In this document: piece by piece, positions 15,001 through 30,000 of the stretch
How positions within the stretch are numbered: position 1 is the first letter of the stretch
How the letters are laid out: each line of letters opens with the position of its first letter
Source of the DNA: Eledone cirrhosa
Taxonomy: Eukaryota
Assembly (NCBI GenBank): GCA_964016885.1
Contig: OZ024744.1
Location: forward strand, 101,184,001 to 101,248,000
Direction of reading: 5' to 3'
Length of the DNA: 64,000 nucleotides
Made by a program: the position numbers and the translations under genes
The notes under the pieces: generated by a model
Seen by the model: the letters and a program-made list of their open reading frames with translations, nothing else
Told to the model about the DNA's origin: nothing
The model's database searches: none

Positions 15001-18000
15001 TTGGTGTAAAGGTTATCACTAAAGTTATTGTGTATAGTTCCTAATTTGGACAGGGACAGTTGTCAACTCCCATTTGGTGTAAAGGTTATCACTAAAGTTA
15101 TTGTATATAGTTCCTAATTTGGACAGGGACTGTTGTCAGCTTCCATTTGGTGTAAAGGTTATCACTAAAGTTATTGTATATAGTTCCTAATTTGGACAAA
15201 GACTGTTGTCAGCTCCCATCTGTTGTAAAGGTTAACACTAAAGTTAGTCTATATAGTTCCTAATTTGGACAGGGACTGTTGTCAGCTCCCATTTGGTGTA
15301 AAGTTTAACACTAAAGTTATTGTATATAGTTCCTAATTTGGACAGGGACTGTTGTCAGCTCCCATTTGGTGTAAAGGTTAACACTAAAGTTATTGTATAT
15401 AGTTCCTAATTTGGACAGAGACAGTTGTCAGCTCCCATTCGGTGTAAAGGTTAACACTAAAGTTATTGTATATAGTTCCTAATTTGGACAGGGACTGTTG
15501 TCAGCTCCCATTTGGTGTAAAGGTTAACACTAAAGTTATTGTATATAGTTCCTAATTTGGACAGGGACTGTTGTCAGCTCCCATTTGGTGTAAAGGTTAA
15601 CACTAAAGTTATTGTATATAGTTCCTAATTTGGACAGAGACTGTTGTCAGCTCCCATTTGGTGTAAAGGTTAACACTAAAATTATTGTATATAGTTCCTA
15701 ATTTGGACAGAGACTGTTGTCAGCTCCCATTTGGTGTAAAGGTTAACACTAAAGTTATTGTATATAGTTCCTAATTTGGACAGAGACTGTTGTCAGCTCC
15801 CATTTGGTGTAAAGGTTAACACTAAAATTATTGTATATAGTTCCTAATTTGGACAGAGACTGTTGTCAGCTCCCATTTGGTGTAAAGGTTAACACTAAAG
15901 TTATTGTATATAGTTCCTAATTTGGACAGGCACTATTATCAGCTCCCATTTGGTGTAAAGGTTAACACTAAAGTTATTGTATGTAGTTCCTAATTTGGAC
16001 AGAGATAGTTGTCAGCTCCCATTTGGTGTAAAGGTTAACACTAAAGTTATTGTATATAGTTCCTAATTTGGACAGGGACTGTTGTCAGCTCCCATTTGGT
16101 GTAAAGTTTAACACTAAAGTTATTGTATATAGTTCCTAATTTAGACAGGGACTGTTGTCAGTTACCATTTGGTGTAAAGGTTAACACTAAAGTTATTGTA
16201 TATAGTTCCTAATTTGGACAGAGACTGTTGTCAGCTCCCATTTGGTGTAAAGGTTAACACTAAAGTTATTGTATATAGTTCCTAATTTCGACAGGGAGTG
16301 TTGTCAACTCCCATTTGGTGTAAAGGTTAACACTAAAGTTATTGTATATAGTTCCTAATTTGGACAGGGACAGTTGTCAGTTCCCATTTGGTGTAAAGGT
16401 TAACACTAAAGTTATTGTATATAGTTCCTAATTTGGACAGGCACTGTTGTCAGCTCCCATTTGGTGTAAAGGTTAACACTAAAGTTATTGTATATAGTTC
16501 CTAATTTGGACAGGGACTGTTGTCAGCTCCCATTTGGTGTAAAGGTTATCACTAAAGTTATTGTATATAGTTCCTAATTTGTACAGAGACTGTTGTCAGC
16601 TCCCATTTGGTGTAAAGGTTAACACTAAAGTTATTGTATATAGTTCCTAATTTGGACAGAGACTGTTATCAGCTCCCATTTGGTGTAAAGGTTAACACTA
16701 AAGTTATTGTATATAGTTCCTAATTTGGACAGAGACTGTTGTCAGCTCCCATTCGGTGTAAAGGTTAACACTAAAGTTATTGTATATAGTTCCTAATTTG
16801 GACAGGGACTGTTGTCAGCTCCCATTTGGTGTAAAGGTTATCACTAAAGTTATTGTATATAGTTCCTAATTTGTACAGAGACTGTTGTCAGCTCCCATTT
16901 GGTGTAAAGGTTAACACTAAAGTTATTGTATATAGTTCCTAATTTCGACAGGGACAGTTGTCAGTTCCCATTTGGTGTAAAGGTTATCACTAAAGTTATT
17001 GTATATAGTTCCTAATTTCGACAGGGACAGTTGTCAGTTCCCATTTGGTGTAAAGGTTAACACTAAAGTTATTGTATATAGTTCCTAATTTGGACAGGCA
17101 CTATTGTCAGCTCCCATTTGGTGTAAAGGTTAACACTAAAGTTATTGTATATAGTTCCTAATTTGGACAGGGACTGTTGTCAGCTCCCATTTGGTGTAAA
17201 GGTTATCACTAAAGTTATTGTATATAGTTCCTAATTTGTACAGAGACTGTTGTCAGCTCCCATTTGGTGTAAAGGTTAACACTAAAGTTATTGTATATAG
17301 TTCCTAATTTGGACAGGCACTGTTGTCAGCTCCCATTTGGTGTAAAGGTTAACACTAAAGTTATTGTATATAGTTACTAATTTGGACAGAGGGTGTTGTC
17401 AGCTCCCATTTGGTGTAAAGGTTAACACTAAAGTTATTATATATAGTTCCTAATTTGGACAGAGACTGTTGTCAGCTCCCATTTGGTGTAAAGGTTAACA
17501 CTAAAGTTATTGTATATAGTTCCTAATTTGGACAGGGACAATTGTCAGCTCCCATTTGGTGTAAAGGTTAACACTAAAGTTATTGTATATAGTCCCTAAT
17601 TTGGACAGGGACTGTTGTCAGCTCCCATTTGGTGTAAAGGTTAACACTAAAGTTATTGTATATAGTTCCTAATTTGGACAGAGACTGTTGTCAGCTCCCA
17701 TTTGGTGTAAAGGTTAACATTTAAGTTATTGTATATAGTTCCTAATTTGCACAGAGACTGTTGTCAGCTCCCATTTGGTGTAAAGGTTAACACTAAAGTT
17801 ATTGTATATAGTTCCTAATTTGGACAGAGACTGTTATCAGCTCCCATTTGGTGTAAAGGTTAACACTAAAGTTATTGTATATAGTTCCTAATTTCGACAG
17901 GGACAGTTGTCAGTTCCCATTTGGTGTAAAGGTTAACACTAAAGTTATTGTACATAGTTCCTAATTTCGACAGGGACAGTTGTCAGTTCCCATTTGGTGT

Positions 18001-21000
18001 AAAGGTTAACACTAAAGTTATTGTACATAGTTCCTAATTTGGACAGGGACTGTTGTCAGCTCCCATTTGGTGTAAAGGTTAACACTAAAGTTATTGTATA
18101 TAGTTCCTAATTTCGACAGGGACTGTTGTCAGCTCCCATTTGGTGTAAAGGTTAACACTAAAGTTATTGTATATAGTTCCTAATTTCGACAGGGACAGTT
18201 GTCAGTTCCCATTTGGTGTAAAGGTTAACACTAAAGTTATTGTACATAGTTCCTAATTTGGACAGGGACTGTTGTCAGCTCCCATTTGGTGTAAAGGTTA
18301 ACACTAAAGTTATTGTATATAGTTCCTAATTTGCACAGAGACTGTTGTCAGCTCCCATTTGGTGTAAAGGTTATCACTAAAGTTATTGTATATAGTTCCT
18401 AATTTGGACAAAGACTGTTGTCAGCTCCCATCTGTTGTAAAGGTTAACACTAAAGTTAGTCTATATAGTTCCTAATTTGGACCGTGACTGTTGTCAGCTC
18501 CCATTTGGTGTAAACTTTAACACTAAAGTTATTGTATATAGTTCCTAATTTGGACAGGGACTGTTGTCAGCTCCCATTTGGTGTAAAGGTTAACACTAAA
18601 GTTATTGTATATAGTTCCTAATTTGGACAGAGACAGTTGTCAGCTCCCATTTGGTGTAAAGGTTAACACTAAAGTTATTGTATATATTTCCTAATTTGGA
18701 CAGCGACAGTTGTCAGCTCCCATTTGGTGTAAAGGTTAACACTAAAATTATTGTATATAGTTCCTAATTTGGACAAAGACTGTTGTCAGCTCCCATTTGG
18801 TGTAAAGTTTAACACTAAAGTTATTGTATATAGTTCCTAATTTGGACAGGCACTATTATCAGCTCCCATTTGGTGTAAAGGTTAACACTAAAGTTATTGT
18901 ATGTAGTTCCTAATTTGGACAGAGATAGTTGTCAGCTCCCATTTGGTGTAAAGGTTAACACTAAAGTTATTGTATATAGTTCCTATTTTGGACAGAGACT
19001 GTTGTCAGCTCCCATTTGGTGTAAAGGTTAACACTAAAGTTATTGTATATAGTTCCTAATTTGGACAGGGATTGTTGTCAGCTCCCATTTGGTGTAAAGG
19101 TTAACACTAAAGTTATTGTATATAGTTCCTAATTTGGACAGGGACTGTTGTCAGCTCCCATTTGGTGTAAAGGTTAACACTAAAGTTATTGTATATAGTT
19201 CCTAATTTGGACAGGGATTGTTGTCAGCTCCCATATGGTGTAAAGGTTAACACTAAAGTTATTGTATATAGTTCCTAATTTGGACAGGGACAGTTGTCAG
19301 CTCCCATTTTGTGTAAAGGTTAACACTAAAGTTATTGTATATAGTTCCTAATTTGGACAGAGACTGTTGTCAGCTCCCATTTGGTGTAAAGGTTAACACT
19401 AAAGTTATTGTATATAGTTCCTAATTTGGACAGAGACTGTTGTCAGCTCCCATTTGGTGTAAAGGTTAACACTAAAGTTATTGTATATAGTTCCTAATTT
19501 GGACAGGCACTGTTGTCAGCTCCCATTTTGTGTAAAGGTTAACACTAAAGTTATTGTATATAGTTCCTAATTTGGACAGGGACAGTTGTCAGCTCCCATT
19601 TGGTGTAAAGGTTATCACTAAAGTTATTGTATATAGTTCCTAATTTGTACAGAGACTGTTGTCAGCTCCCATTTGGTGTAAAGGTTAACACTAAAGTTAT
19701 TGTATATAGTTCCTAATTTGGACAGAGACTGTTATCAGCTCCCATTTGGTGTAAAGGTTAACACTAAAGTTATTGTATATAGTTCCTAATTTGGACAGAG
19801 ACTGTTGTCAGCTCCCATTCGGTGTAAAGGTTAACACTAAAGTTATTGTATATAGTTCCTAATTTGGACAGGGACTGTTGTCAGCTCCCATTTGGTGTAA
19901 AGGTTATCACTAAAGTTATTGTATATAGTTCCTAATTTCGACAGGGACAGTTGTCAGTTCCCATTTGGTGTAAAGGTTAACACTAAAGTTATTGTATATA
20001 GTTCCTAATTTCGACAGGGACAGTTGTCAGTTCCCATTTGGTGTAAAGGTTATCACTAAAGTTATTGTATATAGTTCCTAATTTCGACAGGGACAGTTGT
20101 CAGTTCCCATTTGGTGTAAAGGTTAACACTAAAGTTATTGTATATAGTTCCTAATTTGGACAGGGACTGTTGTCAGCTCCCATTTGGTGTAAAGGTTATC
20201 ACTAAAGTTATTGTATATAGTTCCTAATTTGTACAGAGACTGTTGTCAGCTCCCATTTGGTGTAAAGGTTAACACTAAAGTTATTGTATATAGTTCCTAA
20301 TTTGGACAGGGACTGTTGTCAGCTCCCATTTGGTGTAAAGGTTATCACTAAAGTTATTGTATATAGTTCCTAATTTGGACAGGGACTGTTGTCAGCTCCC
20401 ATTTGGTGTAAAGGTTAACACTAAAGTTATCGTATATAGTTCCTAATTTGGACAGGGACTGTTGTCAGCTCCCATTTGGTGTAAAGGTTATCACTAAAGT
20501 TATCGTATATAGTTCCTAATTTCGACAGGGACAGTTGTCAGTTCCCATTTGGTGTAAAGGTTATCACTAAAGTTATTGTATATAGTTCCTAATTTGGACA
20601 GAGACTGTTGTCAGCTCCCATTTGGTGTAAAGGTTAACACTAAAGTTATCGTATATAGTTCCTAATTTCGACAGGGACAGTTGTCAGTTCCCATTTGGTG
20701 TAAAGGTTAACACTAAAGTTATTGTATATAGTTCCTAATTTGGACAGGGACAATTGTCAGCTCCCATTTGGTGTAAAGCTTAACACTAAAGTTATTGTAT
20801 ATAGTTCCTAATTTGGACAGGGACTGTTGTCAGCTCCCATTTGGTGTAAAGGTTATCACTAAAGTTATTGTATATAGTTCCTAATTTGTACAGAGACTGT
20901 TGTCAGCTCCCATTTGGTGTAAAGGTTATCACTAAAGTTATTGTATATAGTTCCTAATTTCGACAGGGACAGTTGTCAGTTCCCATTTGGTGTAAAGGTT

Positions 21001-24000
21001 AACACTAAAGTTATTGTATATAGTTACTAATTTGGACAGAGGGTGTTGTCAGCTCCCATTTGGTGTAAAGGTTAACACTAAAGTTATTATATATAGTTCC
21101 TAATTTGGACAGGCACTGTTGTCAGCTCCCATTTGGTGTAAAGGCTAACACTAAAGTTATTGTATATAGTTCCTAATTTGGACAGGGATTGTTGTCAGGT
21201 CCCATTTGGTGTAAAGGTTAACACTAAAGTTATTGTATATAGTTCCTAATTTGGACAGGGATTGTTGTCAGGTCCCATTTGGTGTAAAGGTTAACACTAA
21301 AGTTACTATATATAGTTCCTAATTTGGACAGAGACTGTTGTCAGCTCCCATTTGGTGTAAAGGTTAACACTAAAGTTATTGTATATAGTTACTAATTTGG
21401 ACAGGGACAGTTGTCAGCTCCCATTTGGTGTAAAGGTTAACACTAAAGTTATTGTATATAGTTCCTAATTTGGACAGGGACTGTTGTGAGCTCCCATTCG
21501 GTGTAAAGGTTAACACTAAAGTTATTGTATATAGTTCCTAATTTGGACAGAGACTGTTGTCAGCTCCCATTTGGTGTAAAGGTTAACACTAAAGTTATTG
21601 TATATAGTTCCTAATTTGGACAGAGACTGTTGTGAGCTCCCATTCGGTGTAAAGGTTAACACTAAAGTTATTGTATATAGTTCCTAATTTGGACAGAGAC
21701 TGTTGTCAGCTCCCATTTGGTGTAAAGGTTAACACTAAAGTTATTGTATATAGTTCCTAATTTGGACAGAGACTGTTGTCAGCTCCCATTTGGTGTAAAG
21801 GTTAACACTAAAGTTATTGTATATAGTTCCTAATTTGGACAGAGACTGTTGTGAGCTCCCATTCGGTGTAAAGGTTAACACTAAAGTTATTGTATATAGT
21901 TCCTAATTTGGACAGAGACTGTTGTCAGCTCCCATTTGGTGTAAAGGTTAACACTAAAGTTATTGTATATAGTTCCTAATTTGGACAGAGACTGTTGTGA
22001 GCTCCCATTCGGTGTAAAGGTTAACACTAAAGTTATTGTATATAGTTCCTAATTTCGACAGGGACTGTTGTCAGCTCCCATTTGGTGTAAAGGTTAACAC
22101 TAAAGTTATTGTATATAGTTCCTAATTTGGACAGAGACAGTTGTCAGCTCCCATTTGGTGTAAAGGTTAACACTAAAGTTATTGTATATAGTTCCTAATT
22201 TGGACAGAGACTGTTGTCAGCTCCCATTTGGTGTAAAGGTTAACACTAAAGTTATTGTATATAGTTCCTAATTTGGACAGAGACTGTTGTCAGCTCCCAT
22301 TTGGTGTAAAGGTTAACACTAAAGTTATTGTATATAGTTCCTAATTTGGACAGAGACAGTTGTCAGCTCCCATTTGGTGTAAAGGTTAACACTAAAGTTA
22401 TTGTATATAGTTCCTAATTTGGACAGAGACTGTTGTCAGCTCCCATTTGGTGTAAAGGTTAACACTAAAGTTATTGTATATAGTTCCTAATTTCGACAGA
22501 GACTGTTGTCAGCTCCCATTTGGTGTAAAGGTTAACACTAAAGTTATTGTATATAGTTCCTAATTTGGACAGAGACAGTTGTCAGCTCCCATTTGGTGTA
22601 AAGGTTAACACTAAAGTTATTGTATATAGTTCCTAATTTGGACAGAGACTGTTGTCAGCTCCCATTTGGTGTAAAGGTTAACACTAAAGTTATTGTATAT
22701 AGTTCCTAATTTGGACAGAGACAGTTGTCAGCTCCCATTTGGTGTAAAGGTTAACACTAAAGTTATTGTATATAGTTCCTAATTTGGACAGAGACTGTTG
22801 TCAGCTCCCATTTGGTGTAAAGGTTAACACTAAAGTTATTGTATATAGTTCCTAATTTGGACAGAGACAGTTGTCAGCTCCCATTTGGTGTAAAGGTTAA
22901 CACTAAAGTTATTGTATAGTTCCTAATTTGGACAGGGACTGTTGTCAACTCCCATTTGGTGTAAAGTTTAACACTAAAGTTATTGTATATAGTTCCTAAT
23001 TTGGACAGGGACTGTTGTCAGCTCACATTTGGTGTAAAGGTTAACACTAAAGTTATTGTATATAGTTCCTAATTTGGACAGAGACTGTTGTCAGCTCCCA
23101 TTTGGTGTAAAGGTTAACATTTAAGTTATTGTATATAGTTCCTAATTTACACAGAGACTGTTGTCAGCTCCCATTTGGTGTAAAGGTTAACACTAAAGTT
23201 ATTGTATATAGTTCCTAATTTGCACAGAGACTGTTGTCAGCTCCCATTTGGTGTAAAGGTTAACACTAAAGTTATTGTATATAGTTCCTAATTTGGACAG
23301 AGACTGTTATCAGCTCCCATTTGGTGTAAAGGTTAACACTAAAGTTATTGTATATAGTTCCTAATTTCGACAGGGACAGTTGTCAGTTCCCATTTGGTGT
23401 AAAGGTTAACACTAAAGTTATTGTACATAGTTCCTAATTTGGACAGGGACTGTTGTCAGCTCCCATTTGGTGTAAAGGTTATCACTAAAGTTATTGTGTA
23501 TAGTTCCTAATTTGGACAGGGACAGTTGTCAACTCCCATTTGGTGTAAAGGTTAACACTAAAGTTATTGTATATAGTTCCTAATTTGGACAGAGACAGTT
23601 GTCAGTTCCCATTTGGTGTAAAGGTTAACACTAAAGTTATTGTACATAGTTCCTAATTTGGACAGGGACTGTTGTCAGCTCCCATTTGGTGTAAAGGTTA
23701 TCACTAAAGTTATTGTGTATAGTTCCTAATTTGGACAGGGACAGTTGTCAACTCCCATTTGGTGTAAAGGTTAACACTAAAGTTATTGTATATAGTTCCT
23801 AATTTGGACAAAGACTGTTGTCAGCTCCCATCTGTTGTAAAGGTTAACACTAAAGTTAGTCTATATAGTTCCTAATTTGGACCGTGACTGTTGTCAGCTC
23901 CCATTTGGTGTAAAGTTTAACACTAAAGTTATTGTATATAGTTCCTAATTTGGACAGGGACTGTTGTCAGCTCCCATTTGGTGTAAAGGTTAACACTAAA

Positions 24001-27000
24001 GTTATTGTATATAGTTCCTAATTTGGACAGAGACAGTTGTCAGCTCCCATTTGGTGTAAAGGTTAACACTAAAGTTATTGTATATATTTCCTAATTTGGA
24101 CAGCGACAGTTGTCAGCTCCCATTTGGTGTAAAGGTTAACACTAAAATTATTGTATATAGTTCCTAATTTGGACAGAGACTGTTGTCAGCTCCCAATTGG
24201 TGTAAAGGTTAACACTAAAGTTATTGTATATAGTTCCTAATTTGGACAGGCACTATTATCAGCTCCCATTTGGTGTAAAGGTTAACACTAAAGTTATTGT
24301 ATGTAGTTCCTAATTTGGACAGAGATAGTTGTCAGCTCCCATTTGGTGTAAAGGTTAACACTAAAGTTATTGTATATAGTTCCTATTTTGGACAGAGACT
24401 GTTGTCAGCTCCCATTTGGTGTAAAGGTTAACACTAAAGTTATTGTATATAGTTCCTAATTTGGACAGGGATTGTTGTCAGCTCCCATATGGTGTAAAGC
24501 TTAACACTAAAGTTATTGTATATAGTTCCTAATTTGGACAGGGACAGTTGTCAGCTCCCATTTTGTGTAAAGGTTAACACTAAAGTTATTGTATATAGTT
24601 CCTAATTTGGACAGAGACTGTTGTCAGCTCCCATTTGGTGTAAAGGTTAACACTAAAGTTATTGTATATAGTCCCTAATTTGGACAGAGACTGTTGTCAG
24701 CTCCCATTTGGTGTAAAGGTTAACACTAAAGTTATTGTATATAGTTCCTAATTTGGAGAGGCACTGTTGTCAGCTCCCATTTGGTGTAAAGGTTAACACT
24801 AAAGTTATTGTATATAGTTCCTAATTTGGACAGAGACTGTTGTCAGCTCCCATTTGGTGTAAAGGTTATCACTAAAGTTATTGTATATAGTTCCTAATTT
24901 GTACAGAGACTGTTGTCAGCTCCCATTTGGTGTAAAGGTTAACACTAAAGTTATTGTATATAGTTCCTAATTTGGACAGAGACTGTTATCAGCTCCCATT
25001 TGGTGTAAAGGTTAACACTAAAGTTATTGTATATAGTTCCTAATTTGGACAGAGACTGTTGTCAGCTCCCATTCGGTGTAAAGGTTAACACTAAAGTTAT
25101 TGTATATAGTTCCTAATTTGGACAGGGACTGTTGTCAGCTCCCATTTGGTGTAAAGGTTATCACTAAAGTTATTGTATATAGTTCCTAATTTCGACAGGG
25201 ACAGTTGTCAGTTCCCATTTGGTGTAAAGGTTAACACTAAAGTTATTGTATATAGTTCCTAATTTCGACAGGGACAGTTGTCAGTTCCCATTTGGTGTAA
25301 AGGTTATCACTAAAGTTATTGTATATAGTTCCTAATTTCGACAGGGACAGTTGTCAGTTCCCATTTGGTGTAAAGGTTAACACTAAAGTTATTGTATATA
25401 GTTCCTAATTTGGACAGGGACTGTTGTCAGCTCCCATTTGGTGTAAAGGTTATCACTAAAGTTATTGTATATAGTTCCTAATTTGTACAGAGACTGTTGT
25501 CAGCTCCCATTTGGTGTAAAGGTTAACACTAAAGTTATTGTATATAGTTCCTAATTTGGACAGAGACTGTTATCAGCTCCCATTTGGTGTAAAGGTTAAC
25601 ACTAAAGTTATTGTATATAGTTCCTAATTTGGACAGAGACTGTTGTCAGCTCCCATTCGGTGTAAAGGTTAACACTAAAGTTATTGTATATAGTTCCTAA
25701 TTTGGACAGGGACTGTTGTCAGCTCCCATTTGGTGTAAAGGTTATCACTAAAGTTATTGTATATAGTTCCTAATTTCGACAGGGACAGTTGTCAGTTCCC
25801 ATTTGGTGTAAAGGTTAACACTAAAGTTATTGTATATAGTTCCTAATTTCGACAGGGACAGTTGTCAGTTCCCATTTGGTGTAAAGGTTATCACTAAAGT
25901 TATTGTATATAGTTCCTAATTTCGACAGGGACAGTTGTCAGTTCCCATTTGGTGTAAAGGTTATCACTAAAGTTATTGTATATAGTTCCTAATTTGTACA
26001 GAGACTGTTGTCAGCTCCCATTTGGTGTAAAGGTTAACACTAAAGTTATTGTATATAGTTCCTAATTTGGACAGGGACTGTTGTCAGCTCCCATTTGGTG
26101 TAAAGGTTAACACTAAAGTTATTGTATATAGTTCCTAATTTGGACAGGGACTGTTGTCAGCTCCCATTTGGTGTAAAGGTTATCACTAAAGTTATTGTAT
26201 ATAGTTCCTAATTTCGACAGGGACAGTTGTCAGTTCCCATTTGGTGTAAAGGTTATCACTAAAGTTATTGTATATAGTTCCTAATTTCGACAGGGACAGT
26301 TGTCAGTTCCCATTTGGTGTAAAGGTTAACACTAAAGTTATTGTATATAGTTCCTAATTTGGACAGGCACTGTTGTCAGCTCCCATTTGGTGTAAAGGTT
26401 AACACTAAAGTTATTGTATATAGTTCCTAATTTGGACAGGGACTGTTGTCAGCTCCCATTTGGTGTAAAGGTTATCACTAAAGTTATTGTATATAGTTCC
26501 TAATTTGTACAGAGACTGTTGTCAGCTCCCATTTGGTGTAAAGGTTAACACTAAAGTTATTGTATATAGTTCCTAATTTGGACAGAGACTGTTATCAGCT
26601 CCCATTTGGTGTAAAGGTTAACACTAAAGTTATTGTATATAGTTCCTAATTTGGACAGAGACTGTTGTCAGCTCCCATTCGGTGTAAAGGTTAACACTAA
26701 AGTTATTGTATATAGTTCCTAATTTGGACAGGGACTGTTGTCAGCTCCCATTCGGTGTAAAGGTTAACACTAAAGTTATTGTATATAGTTCCTAATTTGG
26801 ACAGGGACTGTTGTCAGCTCCCATTTGGTGTAAAGGTTAACACTAAAGTTATTGTATATAGTTCATAATTTGGACAGGGACTGTTGTCAGCTCCCATTTG
26901 GTGTAAAGGTTAACACTAAAGTTATTGTATATAGTTCCTAATTTGGACAGGGACTGTTGTCAGCTCCCATTTAGTGTAAAGGTTAACACTAAAGTTATTG

Positions 27001-30000
27001 TATATAGTTCCTAATTTGGACAGGGACTGTTGTCAGCTCCCATTTGGTGTAAAGGTTAACACTAAAGTTATTGTATATAGTTCCTAATTTGGACAGGGAC
27101 TGTTGTCAGCTCCCATTTGGTGTAAAGGTTATCACTAAAGTTATTGTATATAGTTCCTAATTTCGACAGGGACAGTTGTCAGTTCCCATTTGGTGTAAAG
27201 GTTAACACTAAAGTTATTGTATATAGTTCCTAATTTCGACAGGGACAGTTGTCAGTTCCCATTTGGTGTAAAGGTTATCACTAAAGTTATTGTATATAGT
27301 TCCTAATTTCGACAGGGACAGTTGTCAGTTCCCATTTGGTGTAAAGGTTAACACTAAAGTTATTGTATATAGTTCCTAATTTGGACAGGCACTATTGTCA
27401 GCTCCCATTTGGTGTAAAGGTTAACACTAAAGTTATTGTATATAGTTCCTAATTTGGACAGGGACTGTTGTCAGCTCCCATTTGGTGTAAAGGTTATCAC
27501 TAAAGTTATTGTATATAGTTCCTAATTTGTACAGAGACTGTTGTCAGCTCCCATTTGGTGTAAAGGTTAACACTAAAGTTATTGTATATAGTTACTAATT
27601 TGGACAGAGGGTGTTGTCAGCTCCCATTTGGTGTAAAGGTTAACACTAAAGTTATTATATATAGTTCCTAATTTGGACAGGGACTGTTGTCAGCTCCCAT
27701 TTAGTGTAAAGGTTAACACTAAAGTTATTGTATATAGTTCCTAATTTGGACAGGGACTGTTGTCAGCTCCCATTTAGTGTAAAGGTTAACACTAAAGTTA
27801 TTGTATATAGTTCCTAATTTGGACAGGGACTGTTGTCAGCTCCCATTTAGTGTAAAGGTTAACACTAAAGTTATTGTATATAGTTCCTAATTTGGACAGG
27901 GACTGTTGTCAGCTCCCATTTGTTGTAAAGGTAAACACTAAAGTTATTGTATATAGTTCCTAATTTGGACAGGGACTGTTGTCAGCTCCCATTTGGTGTA
28001 AAGGTTAACACTAAAGTTATTGTATATAGTTCCTAATTTGGACAGAGACTGTTGTCAGCTCCCATTTGGTGTAAAGGTTAACACTAAAGTTATTGTATAT
28101 AGTTCCTAATTTGGACAGGGACTGTTGTCAGCTCCCATTTGATGTAAAGGTTATCACTAAAGTTATTGTATATAGTTCCTAATTTGGACAGGGACTGTTG
28201 TCAGCTCCCATTTAGTGTAAAGGTTAACACTAAAGTTATTGTATATAGTTCCTAATTTGGACAGGGACTGTTGTCAGCTCCCATTTAGTGTAAAGGTTAA
28301 CACTAAAGTTATTGTATATAGTTCCTAATTTGGACAGAGACTGTTGTCAGCTCCCGTTTGGTGTAAAGGTTAACACTAAAGTTATTGTATATAGTCCCTA
28401 ATTTGGACAGAGACTGTTGTCAGCTCCCATTTGGTGTAAAGGTTAACACTAAAGTTATTGTATATAGTTCCTAATTTGGACAGGGACTGTTGTCAGCTCC
28501 CATTTGTTGTAAAGGTAAACACTAAAGTTATTGTATATAGTTCCTAATTTGGACAGAGACTGTTGTCAGCTCCCGTTTGGTGTAAAGGTTAACACTAAAG
28601 TTATTGTATATAGTCCCTAATTTGGACAGAGACTGTTGTCAGCTCCCATTTGGTGTAAAGGTTAACACTAAAGTTATTGTATATAGTTCCTAATTTGGAC
28701 AGGGACTGTTGTCAGCTCCCATTTGTTGTAAAGGTAAACACTAAAGTTATTGTATATAGTTCCTAATTTGGACAGAGACTGTTGTCAGCTCCCGTTTGGT
28801 GTAAAGGTTAACACTAAAGTTATTGTATATAGTCCCTAATTTGGACAGAGACTGTTGTCAGCTCCCATTTGGTGTAAAGGTTAACACTAAAGTTATTGTA
28901 TATAGTTCCTAATTTGGACAGGGACTGTTGTCAGCTCCCATTTGGTGTAAAGGTTAACACTAAAGTTATTGTATATAGTTCCTAATTTGGACAGGGACTG
29001 TTGTCAGCTCCCATTTGTTGTAAAGGTAAACACTAAAGTTATTGTATATAGTTCCTAATTTGGACAGGCACTGTTGTCAGCTCCCATTTGGTGTAAAGGT
29101 TAACACTAAAGTTATTGTATATAGTTCCTAATTTGGACAGGGACTGTTGTCAGCTCCCATTTGCTGTAAAGGTTATCACTAAAGTTATTATATATAGTTC
29201 CTAATTTGGACAGGCACTGTTGTCAGCTCCCATTTGGTGTAAAGGTTAACACTAAAGTTATTGTATATAGTTCCTATTTTGGACAGGGACTGTTGTCAGC
29301 TCCCATTTGGTGTAAAGGTTAACATTTAAGTTATTGTATATAGTTCCTAATTTGGACAGGGACTGTTGTCAGCTCCCATTTGGTGTAAAGGTTAACATTT
29401 AAGTTATTGTATATAGTTCCTAATTTGGACAGGGACTGTTGTCAGCTCCCATTTGGTGTAAAGGTTATCACTAAAGTTATTGTATATAGTTCCTAATTTG
29501 GACAGGGACTGTTGTCAGCTCCCATTTGGTGTAAAGGTTATCACTAAAGTTATTGTATATAGTTCCTAATTTGGACAGGCACTGTTGTCAGCTCCCATTT
29601 GGTGTAAAGGTTAACACTAAAGTTATTGTATATAGTTCCTAATTTGGACAGGCACTGTTGTCAGCTCCCATTTGGTGTAAAGGTTAACACTAAAGTTATT
29701 GTATATAGTTCCTATTTTGGACAGGGACTGTTGTCAGCTCCCATTTGGTGTAAAGGTTAACATTTAAGTTATTGTATATAGTTCCTATTTTGGACAGGGA
29801 CTGTTGTCAGCTCCCATTTGGTGTAAAGGTTAACATTTAAGTTATTGTATATAGTTCCTATTTTGGACAGGGACTGTTGTCAGCTCCCATTTGGTGTAAA
29901 GGTTAACATTTAAGTTATTGTATATAGTTCCTATTTTGGACAGGGACTGTTGTCAGCTCCCATTTGGTGTAAAGGTTAACACTAAAGTTATTGTATATAG